Source of the DNA: an uncultured Acidobacteriota bacterium
Lineage (GTDB): Bacteria > Acidobacteriota > Vicinamibacteria > Vicinamibacterales > UBA2999
Assembly: GCA_963724485.1 (NCBI GenBank)
Contig: CAVRUW010000009.1
Coordinates: 198,999 to 262,998 of the forward strand
Direction of reading: 5' to 3'
Length of the DNA: 64,000 bases
The notes beneath the pieces are model-generated. The model was not told the origin of the DNA. It worked only from the letters and a program-made list of their open reading frames with translations, and did no database searches. A program made the translations under genes and the position numbers. Positions 28,273-38,889 of this stretch are shown piece by piece (the first letter of the stretch is position 1; each line of letters begins with the position of its first letter).

Positions 28273-29031
28273 TCACAGACGCACGGGAACGCCCCTCTTG
28301 AATAGGAACTCCTTCAGCTCGCGGACGCTCTTTTCCTTGAAGTGAAAGATCGAGGCGGCCAGGGCGGCGTCGGCCCGGCCGGTGGTGAACACCTCGGCAA
28401 AGTGATCGAATGTGCCAGCCCCACCGGATGCGATCACGGGAATTGGCACGGCGCTCGAGACCGCGGCGGTCAGATCGCAGTCGAACCCCGCCTTCGTCCC
28501 GTCCCGATCGATTGACGTGAGCAGAATCTCGCCGGCGCCTCGATCGGCTGCCTCCTGCGCCCACTCGACGGCGTCGCGCCGTGTTTGATCGGTGCCGCTA
28601 CGGGCATACACGTCGTATCGACCTGACTCTCCGCGTTTGGCGTCGATCGCCACAATCACCGCCTGGCTTCCATAACGTGACGCGAGACGTGAGATCAGGG
28701 AAGGCTCGGCGAGAGCGGCGGTGTTGAGACTCACTTTGTCCGCGCCGGCTTCGACGGCGGCCGCGGCATCATCTTCCGTACGAATCCCGCCGCCAACGCA
28801 CAGAGGCAGGAAGATTTCGCGGGCTACCGCCTGGATGGTGTGGGCGCGCGCGCGGCGAGCCTCGAGTGTGGCCGTCACATCGAGGATGACGATCTCGTCG
28901 ATACCTTCGCGGTTGTATCGCGCCGCGAGAGCTGCCGGATCTCCCGCCTGCCGCAGGTCCTCGAAGTTGATCCCTTTGACCACCTGGCCGTCACGAACGT
29001 CCAGGCACGCGATGATTCGTTTAGACAGCAC
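28273..29031 (-). CDS. hisF: imidazole glycerol phosphate synthase cyclase subunit
   Basis: [23 protein letters not shown]... is typical of HisF. The GTG at 29031 overlaps the hisH 3' end. Confidence 0.9.
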   Translation of the reverse strand: MLSKRIIACLDVRDGQVVKGINFEDLRQAGDPAALAARYNREGIDEIVILDVTATLEARRARAHTIQAVAREIFLPLCVGGGIRTEDDAAAAVEAGADKVSLNTAALAEPSLISRLASRYGSQAVIVAIDAKRGESGRYDVYARSGTDQTRRDAVEWAQEAADRGAGEILLTSIDRDGTKAGFDCDLTAAVSSAVPIPVIASGGAGTFDHFAEVFTTGRADAALAASIFHFKEKSVRELKEFLFKRGVPVRL

Positions 29032-29647
29032 GGAGCCAGTTGCGGAGGACTCGAAGGCCGACGTCGCCGGATTTTTCTGGATGGAATTGCACGCCGGCAA
29101 TGCGGCCGCGCTCTACCGCCGAGGCGAAGGTGACGCCGTAACTGGTGGTCGCGACCGCGACTTCGGTCACCGGGGCGACGTAGGAGTGCGTGAAATACAC
29201 CTGCGCCTCGTCCGCAATCCCCTCCATCAGCCCCGACGCCCTCGGCATCTCCACCCCGTTCCACCCAACATGGGGAATCTTGCGACCCGGGGTCGGGTCT
29301 GTTTTCGGGTTCTGCGCACCTTCCTCGGCCAAATGGCTGCAGGCGCCTGAGAAGGCGCAGAATCCGCGTATTCCTGGGGCCTCGGTGCTCCCTTCGAATA
29401 GCCACTGCATTCCGAGGCAGATCCCGAAGAGGGCGGCGCCACCATCGAGCGCCGCCTGAATCGCGACGCGCCACCGGTCATCCAGCGCCTGCGTCGCCGC
29501 AAAGTGACCGACCCCCGGGACGATGATGCCGCGTGCCTCGACGAGATCGGCGGCGACGGCGGGCGTCTTGACGTCGGCGTCGAGCGCCGCCAGCGCCTTC
29601 CGGACCGATGCGAGGTTGCCTGCACCATAGTCGATCAGCGCGATCAC
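29021..29647 (-). CDS. hisH: imidazole glycerol phosphate synthase glutaminase subunit
   Basis: [15 protein letters not shown], the catalytic GICLGMQ, and HVGWN are present. The GTG at 29647 overlaps the hisB stop (GTGA). Confidence 0.9.
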   Translation of the reverse strand: MIALIDYGAGNLASVRKALAALDADVKTPAVAADLVEARGIIVPGVGHFAATQALDDRWRVAIQAALDGGAALFGICLGMQWLFEGSTEAPGIRGFCAFSGACSHLAEEGAQNPKTDPTPGRKIPHVGWNGVEMPRASGLMEGIADEAQVYFTHSYVAPVTEVAVATTSYGVTFASAVERGRIAGVQFHPEKSGDVGLRVLRNWLRAV

Positions 29648-30231
29648 AGCAGACCCTTCGTGCTCGGCAACTGTTTCGCCATCCGTCGATCCTTGGCGCA
29701 CGCCACACGCAAGGCGCGACCGAAGGCCTTGAAGCACGCTTCGATCTTGTGATGATTCGAACGCCCGTACATCACCTTGATGTGGACGTTGGCGCGTGCG
29801 GCGGAGGCGAACCCCTCGAAGAAGTCATGCACGAGCTCCGTCTGGAGATCGCCCACCAACCTGACCTTCACCTTGGTATCGACAACGGTGTGTGGCCGAC
29901 CACCAAGATCGATCGCCGCAACGGCCAGCGTCTCGTCCATCGGCATGACGAAATATCCCGCGCGATTGATCCCCCGCCGAGTGCCCAGCGCCTTCGTCAC
30001 GGCTTCACCGAGAGCGATCCCGACATCCTCGACGGTGTGATGTTGATCGACATCCAGATCACCAGTCGCTCTCACCGTCAGATCGAACCCGCCATGCTTC
30101 GCGACGAGGTCGAGCATGTGATCGAGGAAGCGAACTCCTGTGCGGTTATCGAAGCGGCCTCGCCCCTCGAGATTCAACGACACTCGAATCTGCGTTTCTC
30201 GGGTGACCCGCGCGATCAGAGCCTTGCGCAC
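29644..30231 (-). CDS. hisB: imidazoleglycerol-phosphate dehydratase
   Basis: [13 protein letters not shown]...RFLDHMLDL...[16 protein letters not shown] matches the IGPD motifs. Confidence 0.9.
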   Translation of the reverse strand: MRKALIARVTRETQIRVSLNLEGRGRFDNRTGVRFLDHMLDLVAKHGGFDLTVRATGDLDVDQHHTVEDVGIALGEAVTKALGTRRGINRAGYFVMPMDETLAVAAIDLGGRPHTVVDTKVKVRLVGDLQTELVHDFFEGFASAARANVHIKVMYGRSNHHKIEACFKAFGRALRVACAKDRRMAKQLPSTKGLL

Positions 30232-31292
30232 ACCGCCTCCAGCACTTCGATGGCCTTCTGCGTGTGTTCGACCGGACCGGCCGTGATGCGAAAACAGTTG
30301 GCACAGTGTGGTTCCCTGGTGCGATCGCGAACGAGCACACCCCCAGCGATCAGGCCGTCGATCAGCGCCCGTGCGTGGGCACCACCGTCAACCAGGATGA
30401 AGTTGGCGGCACTTCGCCAGTAGCGCAGACCATGCCGATCCAGCGCCTGATAGAACATCTCCTTCGATCGCGTCGCCTGATCGACGAACCACGGTGTGAA
30501 CTCGGTATCGGCGATCGCGGCACGCAGCGCGGCCACGGCAACGACATTCAGATTGAACAGCGGCATCACCCTGCGGATCGGCTCGAGTACATCCGGCTGG
30601 GCGATCATCACGCCGGCTCTCATGCCCGCAAGGCCGTGCGCCTTGGAAAACGTTCGACCCACGATAACGTTGGAGTACGTGAGCGCTTCATCGAGAAAGT
30701 TCTCGCCCATGAAGTCCTGATATGCCTCGTCCAGAAAGATGAGCGCGTGACCGGCCTCTCTGATGACACGACGGATATCGTCCTTCGAGACGCGCTGGCC
30801 GGTGGGGTTGTTGGGATTGTTGATGTAGATCAATCGCGTGTTCGTGTTGACGGCTGATAGCAGTGCATCAACAGGAAACGCGAAATCGGGACCTGGCGGC
30901 ACCGTGACCACGCGAGCGCCCATTGGTTTCGCGGTCGAGATGTAGGTCTCGAACGCCGGCAAGGCCATGACAACTTCCGGCTGACCGGACGGCGTCACGA
31001 GGGGCGCGCCAGCTGCCACCAACGGCGCGGGCGTTCGCGCACCGAGATATGCAATTGCCGTCAGCAGCACTCCCTCGTCCAGCCCGTTGGTCAGAACCAC
31101 CCATTCCGGATCGACACCGAGAAACGACGCGGTCTCCATCACCGCGTGACGGTAATCCGGATACGTCGCTAACCCACGAGCGTCGAAACCACGTACCGCT
31201 TCCACGACTTTCGGGGAACACCCGGAAGTGTTCTCGTTGAGATGCAGACGCAGGCCGGGACCGAGGTCGGGAATTCCCTGGATTCGAGGCAT
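30216..31292 (-). CDS. hisC: histidinol-phosphate aminotransferase
   Basis: ORF trimmed to the ATG at 31292 ([10 protein letters not shown]). Motifs [17 protein letters not shown] and [14 protein letters not shown]. Confidence 0.85.
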   Translation of the reverse strand: MPRIQGIPDLGPGLRLHLNENTSGCSPKVVEAVRGFDARGLATYPDYRHAVMETASFLGVDPEWVVLTNGLDEGVLLTAIAYLGARTPAPLVAAGAPLVTPSGQPEVVMALPAFETYISTAKPMGARVVTVPPGPDFAFPVDALLSAVNTNTRLIYINNPNNPTGQRVSKDDIRRVIREAGHALIFLDEAYQDFMGENFLDEALTYSNVIVGRTFSKAHGLAGMRAGVMIAQPDVLEPIRRVMPLFNLNVVAVAALRAAIADTEFTPWFVDQATRSKEMFYQALDRHGLRYWRSAANFILVDGGAHARALIDGLIAGGVLVRDRTREPHCANCFRITAGPVEHTQKAIEVLEAVCARL

Positions 31293-31300
31293 GGAAGTGT

Positions 31301-32542
31301 TCACGTGGTTGAAACCCTGATTGATATCGACGCTGCGTGTGCGGCGAGCCCTTCGGCACCGGCGAGCGTCAAGACGGTGGGCGCCAGCCGCTGGAGCCCC
31401 CGTCGCGACACGCGTTGGATGGAGACCTGACGGACGAAATCGGCGGTGTTCAACCCGCCCCTGAACCGCGCCGCCCCCGCGGTGGGAAGGACATGGTTGG
31501 ATCCGATCGCATAGTCGCCGGCAACCTGCGCCGTCCACGGGCCGACGAACACCGCACCGGCCGATCTGACCTGGCCAACCAACGATTCGCGATCGACGAC
31601 CAGATGCTCGGGCGCAGCGTCGTTGGCCAAGGCCATCGCCTCTTTTAGCGTGCGCGTCACGATCACGCCACCGTGTCGGGCAATCGACGCGCGCGCCGGA
31701 CCATCGGCCGGCAGCAACCGCTCTACGCGGCTCGCCACCTGCTCCGCAAGCCGCCGACTTGGCGTGATCAGCACCGCGCGAGCGTCCGGATCGTGCTCCG
31801 CCTGCGCCACCAGGTCCGCGGCAATCCAGTCGGCCGGTCCTGTCGCCGCCACTATGACGATTTCCGTCGGGCCGGCGTAGAAATCAATCGCGCAATCCGG
31901 GCTGACCAACGCTTTGGCCGCTGATACCCACTTGTTGCCCGGACCAACGATCTTGTCGACACGCGGCACCGTTGCAGTGCCGTAAGCCAGCGCCGCGACG
32001 GCATGGGCGCCGCCGACGCCGAACACGCGATCAACACCCGCCTCCATCGCCGCGGCCAGCACGACCGGATGAGGCTTGGGGCAGGTCACAACCACCTCGC
32101 CGACTCCAGCGACTCTCGCTGGGATCGCCGTCATCAACAAGGATGAAGGAAGTGGATAGCGGCCTCCTGGCACGTAACAGCCGACTCGGTCCAGTGCAAT
32201 CACTCGTTGTTGGACGACGACACCGGGTCTGACGGTTGTTCGAAACTCACGGGGCCGCTGAGCGCGAGCGACGTGACGAATGTTCCGGGCCGCACTTCGA
32301 ACCGCGCGGCGCACGCTAGGCGAGAGTGAAGCCGCCGCACGCTCCCAGGTTGTTGGAGGTATTTCCAGCGGCCCCTCCAAGTCGTCAAGAGCGACGGCAT
32401 ATCGCCTCAGGGCGCGATCCCCATTGCGGCGAACGTCGGCCACGATACGTCCCACGCGACGCTCGACGGACGCGTCGCGGGTCCGGCTGGCGGACAGGAG
32501 GGCGCGGACTGCGGCACGATTGCTGGAAGCGATGATCCGCAT
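31301..32542 (-). CDS. hisD: histidinol dehydrogenase
   Basis: ORF trimmed to the ATG at 32542 (MRIIASS). Motifs CYVPGGRYPLPSSLLM, QAEHD and NHVLPT. Confidence 0.9.
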   Translation of the reverse strand: MRIIASSNRAAVRALLSASRTRDASVERRVGRIVADVRRNGDRALRRYAVALDDLEGPLEIPPTTWERAAASLSPSVRRAVRSAARNIRHVARAQRPREFRTTVRPGVVVQQRVIALDRVGCYVPGGRYPLPSSLLMTAIPARVAGVGEVVVTCPKPHPVVLAAAMEAGVDRVFGVGGAHAVAALAYGTATVPRVDKIVGPGNKWVSAAKALVSPDCAIDFYAGPTEIVIVAATGPADWIAADLVAQAEHDPDARAVLITPSRRLAEQVASRVERLLPADGPARASIARHGGVIVTRTLKEAMALANDAAPEHLVVDRESLVGQVRSAGAVFVGPWTAQVAGDYAIGSNHVLPTAGAARFRGGLNTADFVRQVSIQRVSRRGLQRLAPTVLTLAGAEGLAAHAASISIRVSTT

Positions 32543-32547
32543 GCGAG

Positions 32548-33435
32548 TTACAGCACGATCTTGTTCAACGGATATTCGACGATGCCTTGACCACCAGCGA
32601 TCTTCAGCTTGGGAATGAGATCGCGGACGGTCCGCTCTTCGATGATCGTGTTGACCGCCACCCATTCGGGATCGCTCAGCGACGAAATCGTCGGTCGCTG
32701 CAAGGCCGGCAGCAAGCCAAGGACCGACAGCAGATCGGTCTGCCTCACGTTGAGCATCAGCCCGACCCGGCCCTGCGCCTCGATGGCGGCTTGGAGTAGC
32801 AGCGCGATGTTTTCAATCTTGGTGCGCTTCCAGGAGTCACCGAGCGCCGTCTGGTTGCCAATCAGCTGCGTGTTCGATTCGATGACGGTGTCGAGAATTC
32901 GCAGCCGATTGGCCCGCAGCGTCGACCCCGTTTCAGTCGCTTCGACAATCGCGTCTGCCAACACGGGTGGTTTGACCTCGGTCGCGCCCCACGAGAATTC
33001 GACGTCGACAGTCATCCCCTTCCGCGTGAAGTAGTTCTTCGTCACGCGAACAAGTTCGGTCGCTATCCGTTTGCCGTTGAGATCCTCAGCGCTCTTGAAC
33101 GGGGAGTCTTCGGGCGCGGCGAGAACCCAACGCACCTTGCCAAAACTCTGTTTCGCATAGATCAGGTTCGCCACCGGGATGAGCGGAACCTGCTCAGGGT
33201 GGCCGAGCTGATGCTCCTCGATCCAATCAGCCCCCGTGAGCCCCGCATCGAGGACGCCATCCGCGACATAGCGCGCCATCTCCTGAGCGCGAATGAGCAT
33301 GCATTCGATCTCGGGGTCGTCGATTGCGGGAAAGTACGATCGCGTGCTGACGAGCACATTGAACCCGGCACGCTGGAACAGCTGCACCGTCGCGGCTTCC
33401 AGCGACCCTTTGGGGATTCCCAACCGCAGCTTCAT
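32548..33435 (-). CDS. hisG: ATP phosphoribosyltransferase, long form
   Basis: ORF trimmed to the ATG at 33435 ([20 protein letters not shown]), which overlaps the hisI stop (ATGA). About 295 aa including a C-terminal regulatory domain. Confidence 0.9.
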   Translation of the reverse strand: MKLRLGIPKGSLEAATVQLFQRAGFNVLVSTRSYFPAIDDPEIECMLIRAQEMARYVADGVLDAGLTGADWIEEHQLGHPEQVPLIPVANLIYAKQSFGKVRWVLAAPEDSPFKSAEDLNGKRIATELVRVTKNYFTRKGMTVDVEFSWGATEVKPPVLADAIVEATETGSTLRANRLRILDTVIESNTQLIGNQTALGDSWKRTKIENIALLLQAAIEAQGRVGLMLNVRQTDLLSVLGLLPALQRPTISSLSDPEWVAVNTIIEERTVRDLIPKLKIAGGQGIVEYPLNKIVL

Positions 33436-33743
33436 CGGGGTAACTCCACGAAGCAGGAACGCGCGCCGGTATGACAGACGTTGCCATCGCCCTCGCGGTG
33501 GGCCTTGATCAACACCGTGTCCTCGTCGCAATCGACCAGCAGTTGTGCGACCGCCAGTCGATTTCCCGACGTCTCGCCCTTGGTCCACAGCCGGTTTCGC
33601 GTCCGGCTGAAGAAGGTGACGTAGCCAGTTTCCTGAGTAATCTCCCACGCCCGTTCGTTCATGAAACCGACCATCAGCACTTCGCTGCTGACGGCGTCCT
33701 GGACGACGGCCGGGATCAATCCATCGAGTTTGCTGAAATCCAT
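33432..33743 (-). CDS. hisI: phosphoribosyl-AMP cyclohydrolase (monofunctional, no HisE domain)
   Basis: LIPAVVQD...[11 protein letters not shown]...[18 protein letters not shown]...DCDEDTVL...CHTG. Confidence 0.9.
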   Translation of the reverse strand: MDFSKLDGLIPAVVQDAVSSEVLMVGFMNERAWEITQETGYVTFFSRTRNRLWTKGETSGNRLAVAQLLVDCDEDTVLIKAHREGDGNVCHTGARSCFVELPR

Positions 33744-33750
33744 AGCCCTG

Positions 33751-33781
33751 AAAACAAAAAGCCCGCCGGGTTCGGCGGGCC
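33751..33781 (-). terminator. attenuator terminator of the his leader
   Basis: On the minus strand it reads GCCCGCCG-AACC-CGGCGGGC followed by TTTTTGTTTT, ending 7 nt before the hisI ATG. No upstream co-directional gene exists for it to terminate. Confidence 0.65.
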
Positions 33782-33811
33782 TGTGCTTCTCACGAAACGG
33801 TCGCGTTTGCC

Positions 33812-33883
33812 TTACACGCGCAGCCCTGCCGACCCGCTCGTGGAGCGGTGGTGATGGGTATGGTGCGCGTGGACGGGAAACAT
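33812..33883 (-). CDS. putative his operon leader peptide (hisL-like), MFPVHAHHTHHHRSTSGSAGLRV
   Basis: 24-codon ORF (ATG 33883, TAA 33814-33812) with 6 His codons in an 8-codon stretch. It lies between a candidate promoter and the terminator hairpin. Confidence 0.6.
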   Translation of the reverse strand: MFPVHAHHTHHHRSTSGSAGLRV

Positions 33884-33892
33884 GGAAGCCCC

Positions 33893-33921
33893 AGCCTATC
33901 CGAACCGCATCGAGAGATCAA
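33893..33921 (-). promoter_or_regulatory. candidate sigma70-like promoter for the his leader (TTGATC-17 nt-TAGGCT)
   Basis: Hexamers read on the minus strand, with the -10 ending 9 nt before the leader ATG. The match is weak and it is a visual call only. Confidence 0.25.
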
Positions 33922-33972
33922 ACGCGGCTGGTGCTCCAGTCTGCTAGAGTGTCGGCGAAGTCCTTCGTCGCC

Positions 33973-36900
33973 ATGCTCACGGCTGGCCAAACCCTTTCCC
34001 ACTTCAGGATCCTCGGCGAAATCAGCCGCGGCGGCATGGGGATCGTCTATCGCGCCTTCGACACGCGCCTCGAGCGGGAGATTGCGTTGAAGGTGCTGCC
34101 GCCGGCGCTCCTCGCCGACCCCGACCGCAAGCGGCGATTCGTCCAGGAAGCCCGCGCCGCGGCAGCCCTCAACCATCCCCACATCGGCGTCGTTCACGAG
34201 ATCGACGAAGACAGCGGCGTGACCTTCATCGCCATGGAGCTGATTGAAGGGCGCCTGCTCACCGACACGATGAGGCGCGAACGGTTGACGATCGGACGCA
34301 TCCTGACACTGGCGATCGAGATCGCCGGCGGGCTGACACGCGCGCACGAGAAAGGAATCGTGCACCGCGACCTCAAACCCGGCAACGTGATGGTGACCGA
34401 GGAAGGCCACTCCAAGATCATCGACTTCGGCCTGGCCAAGCTGGTCGAAACGCCCGAACAGCCAGAGACGGAGCGTGGAGAAACCACTGTCGCACATCGC
34501 ACGCAGCCCGGCGTGGTCATGGGGACCACGGCCTACATGTCGCCGGAGCAGGCGCGTGGCGACCCCGTGGACTACCGAACGGACGTGTGGAGCTTCGGCG
34601 TGCTGCTCTACGAGATGGTGACGGGGAGCCTTCCTTTTCAAGGTCGCACCGGCACCGACGTGGTCAGCGCGATCCTTCGCGATCCCACGCCACGATTTCC
34701 CACCGTCGGCGACGAGGTGCCGCGCGGGACCTTGGAACAGCTGCAGCGCGTGGTCGACCGCTGCCTCGAGAAGAATCCGCGCGAACGCTATCAGAACATG
34801 CGGGACACGGTCCTCGATCTGCGAGCGATCGATCGGCACTCGGATGCATCGATGGCTTCGCACGTTGTCGATCGACGAGCTCCGTCGCGCACGGTGGTGT
34901 GGGCGGCCATCGCCGGTGCCGCGCTATTGGCGCTCGGTGGCTGGTTGTTCATGACCAGAGCACCGAGGGAAGGCGTAGATGCGGAAAACGCTCGACCGGC
35001 GGCAACGTTCCGTCGATCGGTGGCGGTGATGGAGTTCCAGAACTTGTCGGGACGGCCCGAAGCCGATTGGCTTTCAACCGCACTCTCGGAGCTGTTCTCC
35101 TCCGAGCTGGCCGCGGGCGAGACGCTGCGCACGATCCCTGGCGAAACCGTCGCGCGGGGACGGATCGAACTCGCGCTCGCGCGCAACGAGAGCTTCGGGC
35201 GCGAAACGTTGGCGCGCATCCGGACGAATCTGGGATGTGACATCGTGCTGGTCGGTTCGTACCTGTCGATGGGAGAAGCGGGCGGGCGCAAACTCCGGCT
35301 CGACCTTCGTCTCCAGGATGCGGTCATGGGCGAAACGGTGGCGTCCATCACTGACCTCGGCAACGAGTCGGATCTGCTCGAGCTCGTGTCACGCACGGGG
35401 GCTCGACTGCGCGAACGCCTCGGTGTCGCCGGCCTCTCCGCCGAGTCTGTCGCCACGGTTCGCGCGTCGCTGCCGGCGAACCAGGAAGCCACGCGTCTCT
35501 ATGCCGAAGGGCTCTCGCGACTTCGGCAGTTCGAGACCATGAAGGCGCGCGATCTTCTCCAGCAGGCGGCGACGGCTGACCCGAAGCACTCGTTGATCCG
35601 GTCGGCGCTCAGCGAAGCCTGGTCGGGCCTTGGATACGAAGCCACAGCTCGCCGTGAAGCGCAGGTCGCATTCGATCTTTCCGGCCCCCTCTCACGCGAG
35701 AACAAGCTGCTGGTCGAAGCCCGCTATCGCGTCGTCACTCGCGATTGGGACCGGGCCATCGCGATCTTCGGGACCCTCGTCGAGTTCTTCCCTGACAATC
35801 TCGAGTACGGCCTGGGACTCGCCAGTGCCCAAACATCCGCATCCAGGGCCCAGGCCGCTATGGGAACGGTCGAGAAGCTGCGTCAATTGCCGACGCCGGC
35901 CTCGCTCGACCCCCGCATCGATCTCGCCGAGGCCTCCGCTGCCTATTCGCTGTCCGACTACAAACGGGCAGAAACGGCGGCCGCGCGGGCCGCAACGAAG
36001 GGTGCGGCACACGGTGCTCCGCTGCTCGTCGCCCGGGCGAAGCTGCAACTGGGCAACGCGACCGATCGGCTGGGCGACAAAAAGAGCGCCGTCGCGGCCG
36101 CGGCCGAAGCCCGGCAACTGTTCGCCTCGGCAGGCGATGTCGCTGGTGTCGCCCGCTCGCAATTCCTCCAGGCCGTGATCCTTCGCGCGCAGGGGAATCT
36201 GACCGAGGCGAAGGCACTGGCCGAACAGATTCTCGCCACCGGACGCGAGACCGGCGATCAGCGGGTGATGGGGAACGTGCTCACCCAGCTGGGCATCATT
36301 CAGTCGCAACAGGGCGACATCGCGGGCTCGCTCGTCCCGCTGCGCGAGGCGCTCGCGCTATATCGAAAGCTCGGTGACAACAACGCATTGGCCAGAGCGT
36401 TGAACAACCTCGCCGCATCGCTTCAGTTGAGCGGGCAGCTGGACGAAGCGGCGACGATGTACGACGAGAGTCTGACGCTCTACCGCGGGTCCGGCGAACT
36501 TAGCGGCGTGGGTTACGCGCTGAACAACCTGGCCGAGGTTCGCGAGACGAAGGCAGAACTCAAGGAAGCCAGGCGCCTGTACGAAGAGGCGTTGACCATT
36601 CGGCGCGATCTGGGCTTCAAGGAAGGGATTGGATACACCGGCACGCGGCTGGGTGCGCTGCTGATTGCGCAGGATGACTTCGCGGGTGCACGGGCGAGGC
36701 TCGAGGAGGCAATCAAGGTTCGCACCGACCTCAACGCCGAGGGCGACGTCGCCGACACTCGATTGTTTCTCGGGACGCTGGCCATCGAGGAGCGTCGCCC
36801 GGCCGAAGCCGAGCAACTGGCACGACAGGCGGCGCAGGTGTTCGAGAAGGAACGCATGACCGATCGCTCAGCGGCGGCACATGACCTGCTCGCACGCGCC

Positions 36901-37248
36901 CTGCTGGCCCAGAAAAAGAACGCCGAGGCGCGCGCGGTGATCGATCGTGGTCGCACGCTAGCCGGTGACACGCAGGATCGATACGTGCAATTCGCCGTTC
37001 GACTCACCGCCGCACGGGTGCAAGCCGAAGAAGGTCAGCTCAAGGAAGCGCATACTGCGCTTCAGGCACTCCTGGCGGATACGCAGAAAGCCGGCTTTAC
37101 AGAGGTCGGGCTGCACGTCCAGTACGCGCTGGGTGAACTCGAGTCACGACTCGGACAAGGTCGTGGCCGTTTGACGGCGCTGCAAAAGGACGCCGCCAAT
37201 CGAGGCTATTTGCTCATCGCTCGAAAGGCCGGCCAGCCGCGCTCCTGA
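33973..37248 (+). CDS. Hanks-type Ser/Thr protein kinase with a TM segment and a long C-terminal TPR region
   Basis: Start at the ATG at 33973 (MLTAGQTLSHFRILGEISRGGMGIVYRA). Motifs ALKVL, HRDLKPGNVMV, DFGLAK and YMSPEQ. The TM segment is VVWAAIAGAALLALGGWLF, followed by about 600 aa of TPR. Confidence 0.85.
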   Translation: MLTAGQTLSHFRILGEISRGGMGIVYRAFDTRLEREIALKVLPPALLADPDRKRRFVQEARAAAALNHPHIGVVHEIDEDSGVTFIAMELIEGRLLTDTMRRERLTIGRILTLAIEIAGGLTRAHEKGIVHRDLKPGNVMVTEEGHSKIIDFGLAKLVETPEQPETERGETTVAHRTQPGVVMGTTAYMSPEQARGDPVDYRTDVWSFGVLLYEMVTGSLPFQGRTGTDVVSAILRDPTPRFPTVGDEVPRGTLEQLQRVVDRCLEKNPRERYQNMRDTVLDLRAIDRHSDASMASHVVDRRAPSRTVVWAAIAGAALLALGGWLFMTRAPREGVDAENARPAATFRRSVAVMEFQNLSGRPEADWLSTALSELFSSELAAGETLRTIPGETVARGRIELALARNESFGRETLARIRTNLGCDIVLVGSYLSMGEAGGRKLRLDLRLQDAVMGETVASITDLGNESDLLELVSRTGARLRERLGVAGLSAESVATVRASLPANQEATRLYAEGLSRLRQFETMKARDLLQQAATADPKHSLIRSALSEAWSGLGYEATARREAQVAFDLSGPLSRENKLLVEARYRVVTRDWDRAIAIFGTLVEFFPDNLEYGLGLASAQTSASRAQAAMGTVEKLRQLPTPASLDPRIDLAEASAAYSLSDYKRAETAAARAATKGAAHGAPLLVARAKLQLGNATDRLGDKKSAVAAAAEARQLFASAGDVAGVARSQFLQAVILRAQGNLTEAKALAEQILATGRETGDQRVMGNVLTQLGIIQSQQGDIAGSLVPLREALALYRKLGDNNALARALNNLAASLQLSGQLDEAATMYDESLTLYRGSGELSGVGYALNNLAEVRETKAELKEARRLYEEALTIRRDLGFKEGIGYTGTRLGALLIAQDDFAGARARLEEAIKVRTDLNAEGDVADTRLFLGTLAIEERRPAEAEQLARQAAQVFEKERMTDRSAAAHDLLARALLAQKKNAEARAVIDRGRTLAGDTQDRYVQFAVRLTAARVQAEEGQLKEAHTALQALLADTQKAGFTEVGLHVQYALGELESRLGQGRGRLTALQKDAANRGYLLIARKAGQPRS

Positions 37249-37251
37249 TGC

Positions 37252-38848
37252 TCATTGTGTCGCCGGTCGTCCCGCGATGACCTTTCGGGGAAGCTTCTCC
37301 GGCCAATTCGCGGTGTACCACGCGAAGACTGCCGCGACGGTCGCCTGCTGAATGAGATCGTCCCGCTGAACCCGATCCACGAAATCCATGTTGGAGTGAT
37401 GCGTCCGCGAGTTGTATTCGAGCCGTTCCTGGATGAACTGGAAACCCGGGATGCCAGCCGAATCAAACGACGAGTGATCGGTCGCACCGACCGAACGCGG
37501 ACCGACGAGCTCGGCATCGAGATCCTCGACTGCCTCGATCCATTCGCGGAACAGCGCCATCGCGCCGAGATTGCCTTGACCCCAGATGCCGCGGATCTTT
37601 CCGGTGCCATTATCGAGGTTGTAGTACGCCGCCACCTTCGCATGGGCCGGCTTCGGGCTGGTCTCGGTCCCGTAATGCTCTGCGACGTAGGCACGTGATC
37701 CCAGGAGCCCCTGTTCCTCACCACCCCACAGCGCGACGCGAATCGTGCGGCGAGGACGCAGCCCGAGGCTCTTGATGATGCGGACCGCTTCCATCATCGC
37801 CGCCGATCCCGTCGCATTGTCGGTGGCGCCCGTGGCGCCGGTCGTCGTGTCGAAGTGCGCGCCCATGATCACCACTTCGTCCGCGAGATCGGTTCCAGGG
37901 ATCTCGGCGAGCGTGTTGATCCCGTTCGGTGTCCCCGCGGCTTCAGGATAGAACGTCGCTTGAATGTTCATCTCGACGCGAACCGGAATGTTCTTCTCGA
38001 GAATGCGAACCATTCGGTTGTAGTGCTCGACGGCAATCGTCGCCGATGGCACCTGGGCCGGGATCTTGGGATCGCGGCTGCCGCCACCACTCGGGAAGAT
38101 CGTGCCGCCATCGATGCGTTGCGTCTGCCACGACAGGTCGCTGCCGCCCGCCGACATGTCGCTATCGGAGCCGCGCTCGAGAACCGCGGCCACGCCTTCG
38201 GCCACGTAGAACTGCGCGATGCGCTCGCTTGTCAGAGGCGCAGCCCCACTCGCCCCAGTAGCCCCACCAGCTCGCACCGGTCCCACCAGCCGAAGGGATC
38301 GGCGTCGAAAGCGCTTCGGCGATGTCTTCCTCATTCATCCGAAGAATGATTCGGTCCTCGAGCATCCGCACGCGACGAACCGGCTGCGGCAGGACGATCT
38401 TGTCCTTGAGCGTGCCCTTGTACTTGGCGAGATCCGCTTCGCTGCGGATGTCGACACGAATGACGTCGCCGCTGATGGTGCCCTTGGTCGAGGGCGAGAA
38501 CGTACGCGGATAGCCGATGATCGGCTGCGGCTCGGGCGCAATCATGTGCACCGAAAACCGCTCGACGCGCCAGCCCTGGCCAAACGCAAAACGTTCCTGA
38601 TGAACGTTGGCCAGCCCCCACTCGGTGAGCTGCTTCATCGCCCATTCGCTGGCCCGCTGAAAGTTCGGCGTGCCCGTGACCCGCGGCCCGTAAACGTCGC
38701 TCATCCAGCCGACGTGTTCCATCACCCGCGAGCGCGTCAGGGCTTCCTGCTTGATGCGCGAGATAGTGCCAAGATCGATGGGGGCCTGCGCAGGAACTGT
38801 TACGACGGCTAACGCCAGGCCGGCAAGCAGAGCAAACGCGCGTTTCAT
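37252..38848 (-). pseudogene. M28-family (PA-domain) aminopeptidase interrupted by a +1 frameshift near 38250-38290
   Basis: The N-terminal part is in frame 38848 (signal MKRAFALLAGLALAVV, running to ...MNEEDIAEALSTPIPSAGGTGAS). The C-terminal part is in frame 38334 (GGATGASGAAPLTSERIAQFY...HFDTTTGATGATDNATGSAAMMEA...WGGEEQGLLGS). The join lies in the G-rich gctggtgggg repeats. Confidence 0.7.
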
Positions 38849-38889
38849 CTGAGTCCTCGAACGAAGAAACCGGGCCAATAAAAAAGACA

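Noticed and set aside
30216-33648. Long N-terminal extensions of the ORF-track versions of hisC, hisD and hisG. The same applies to 3188-4642, 47047-49305, 50251-51603 and 56956-60171.
   Set aside because: The extensions are Arg-rich, overlap the upstream gene, and precede conserved family N-termini or signal peptides. Internal ATG/GTG starts give the expected overlaps or SD motifs.
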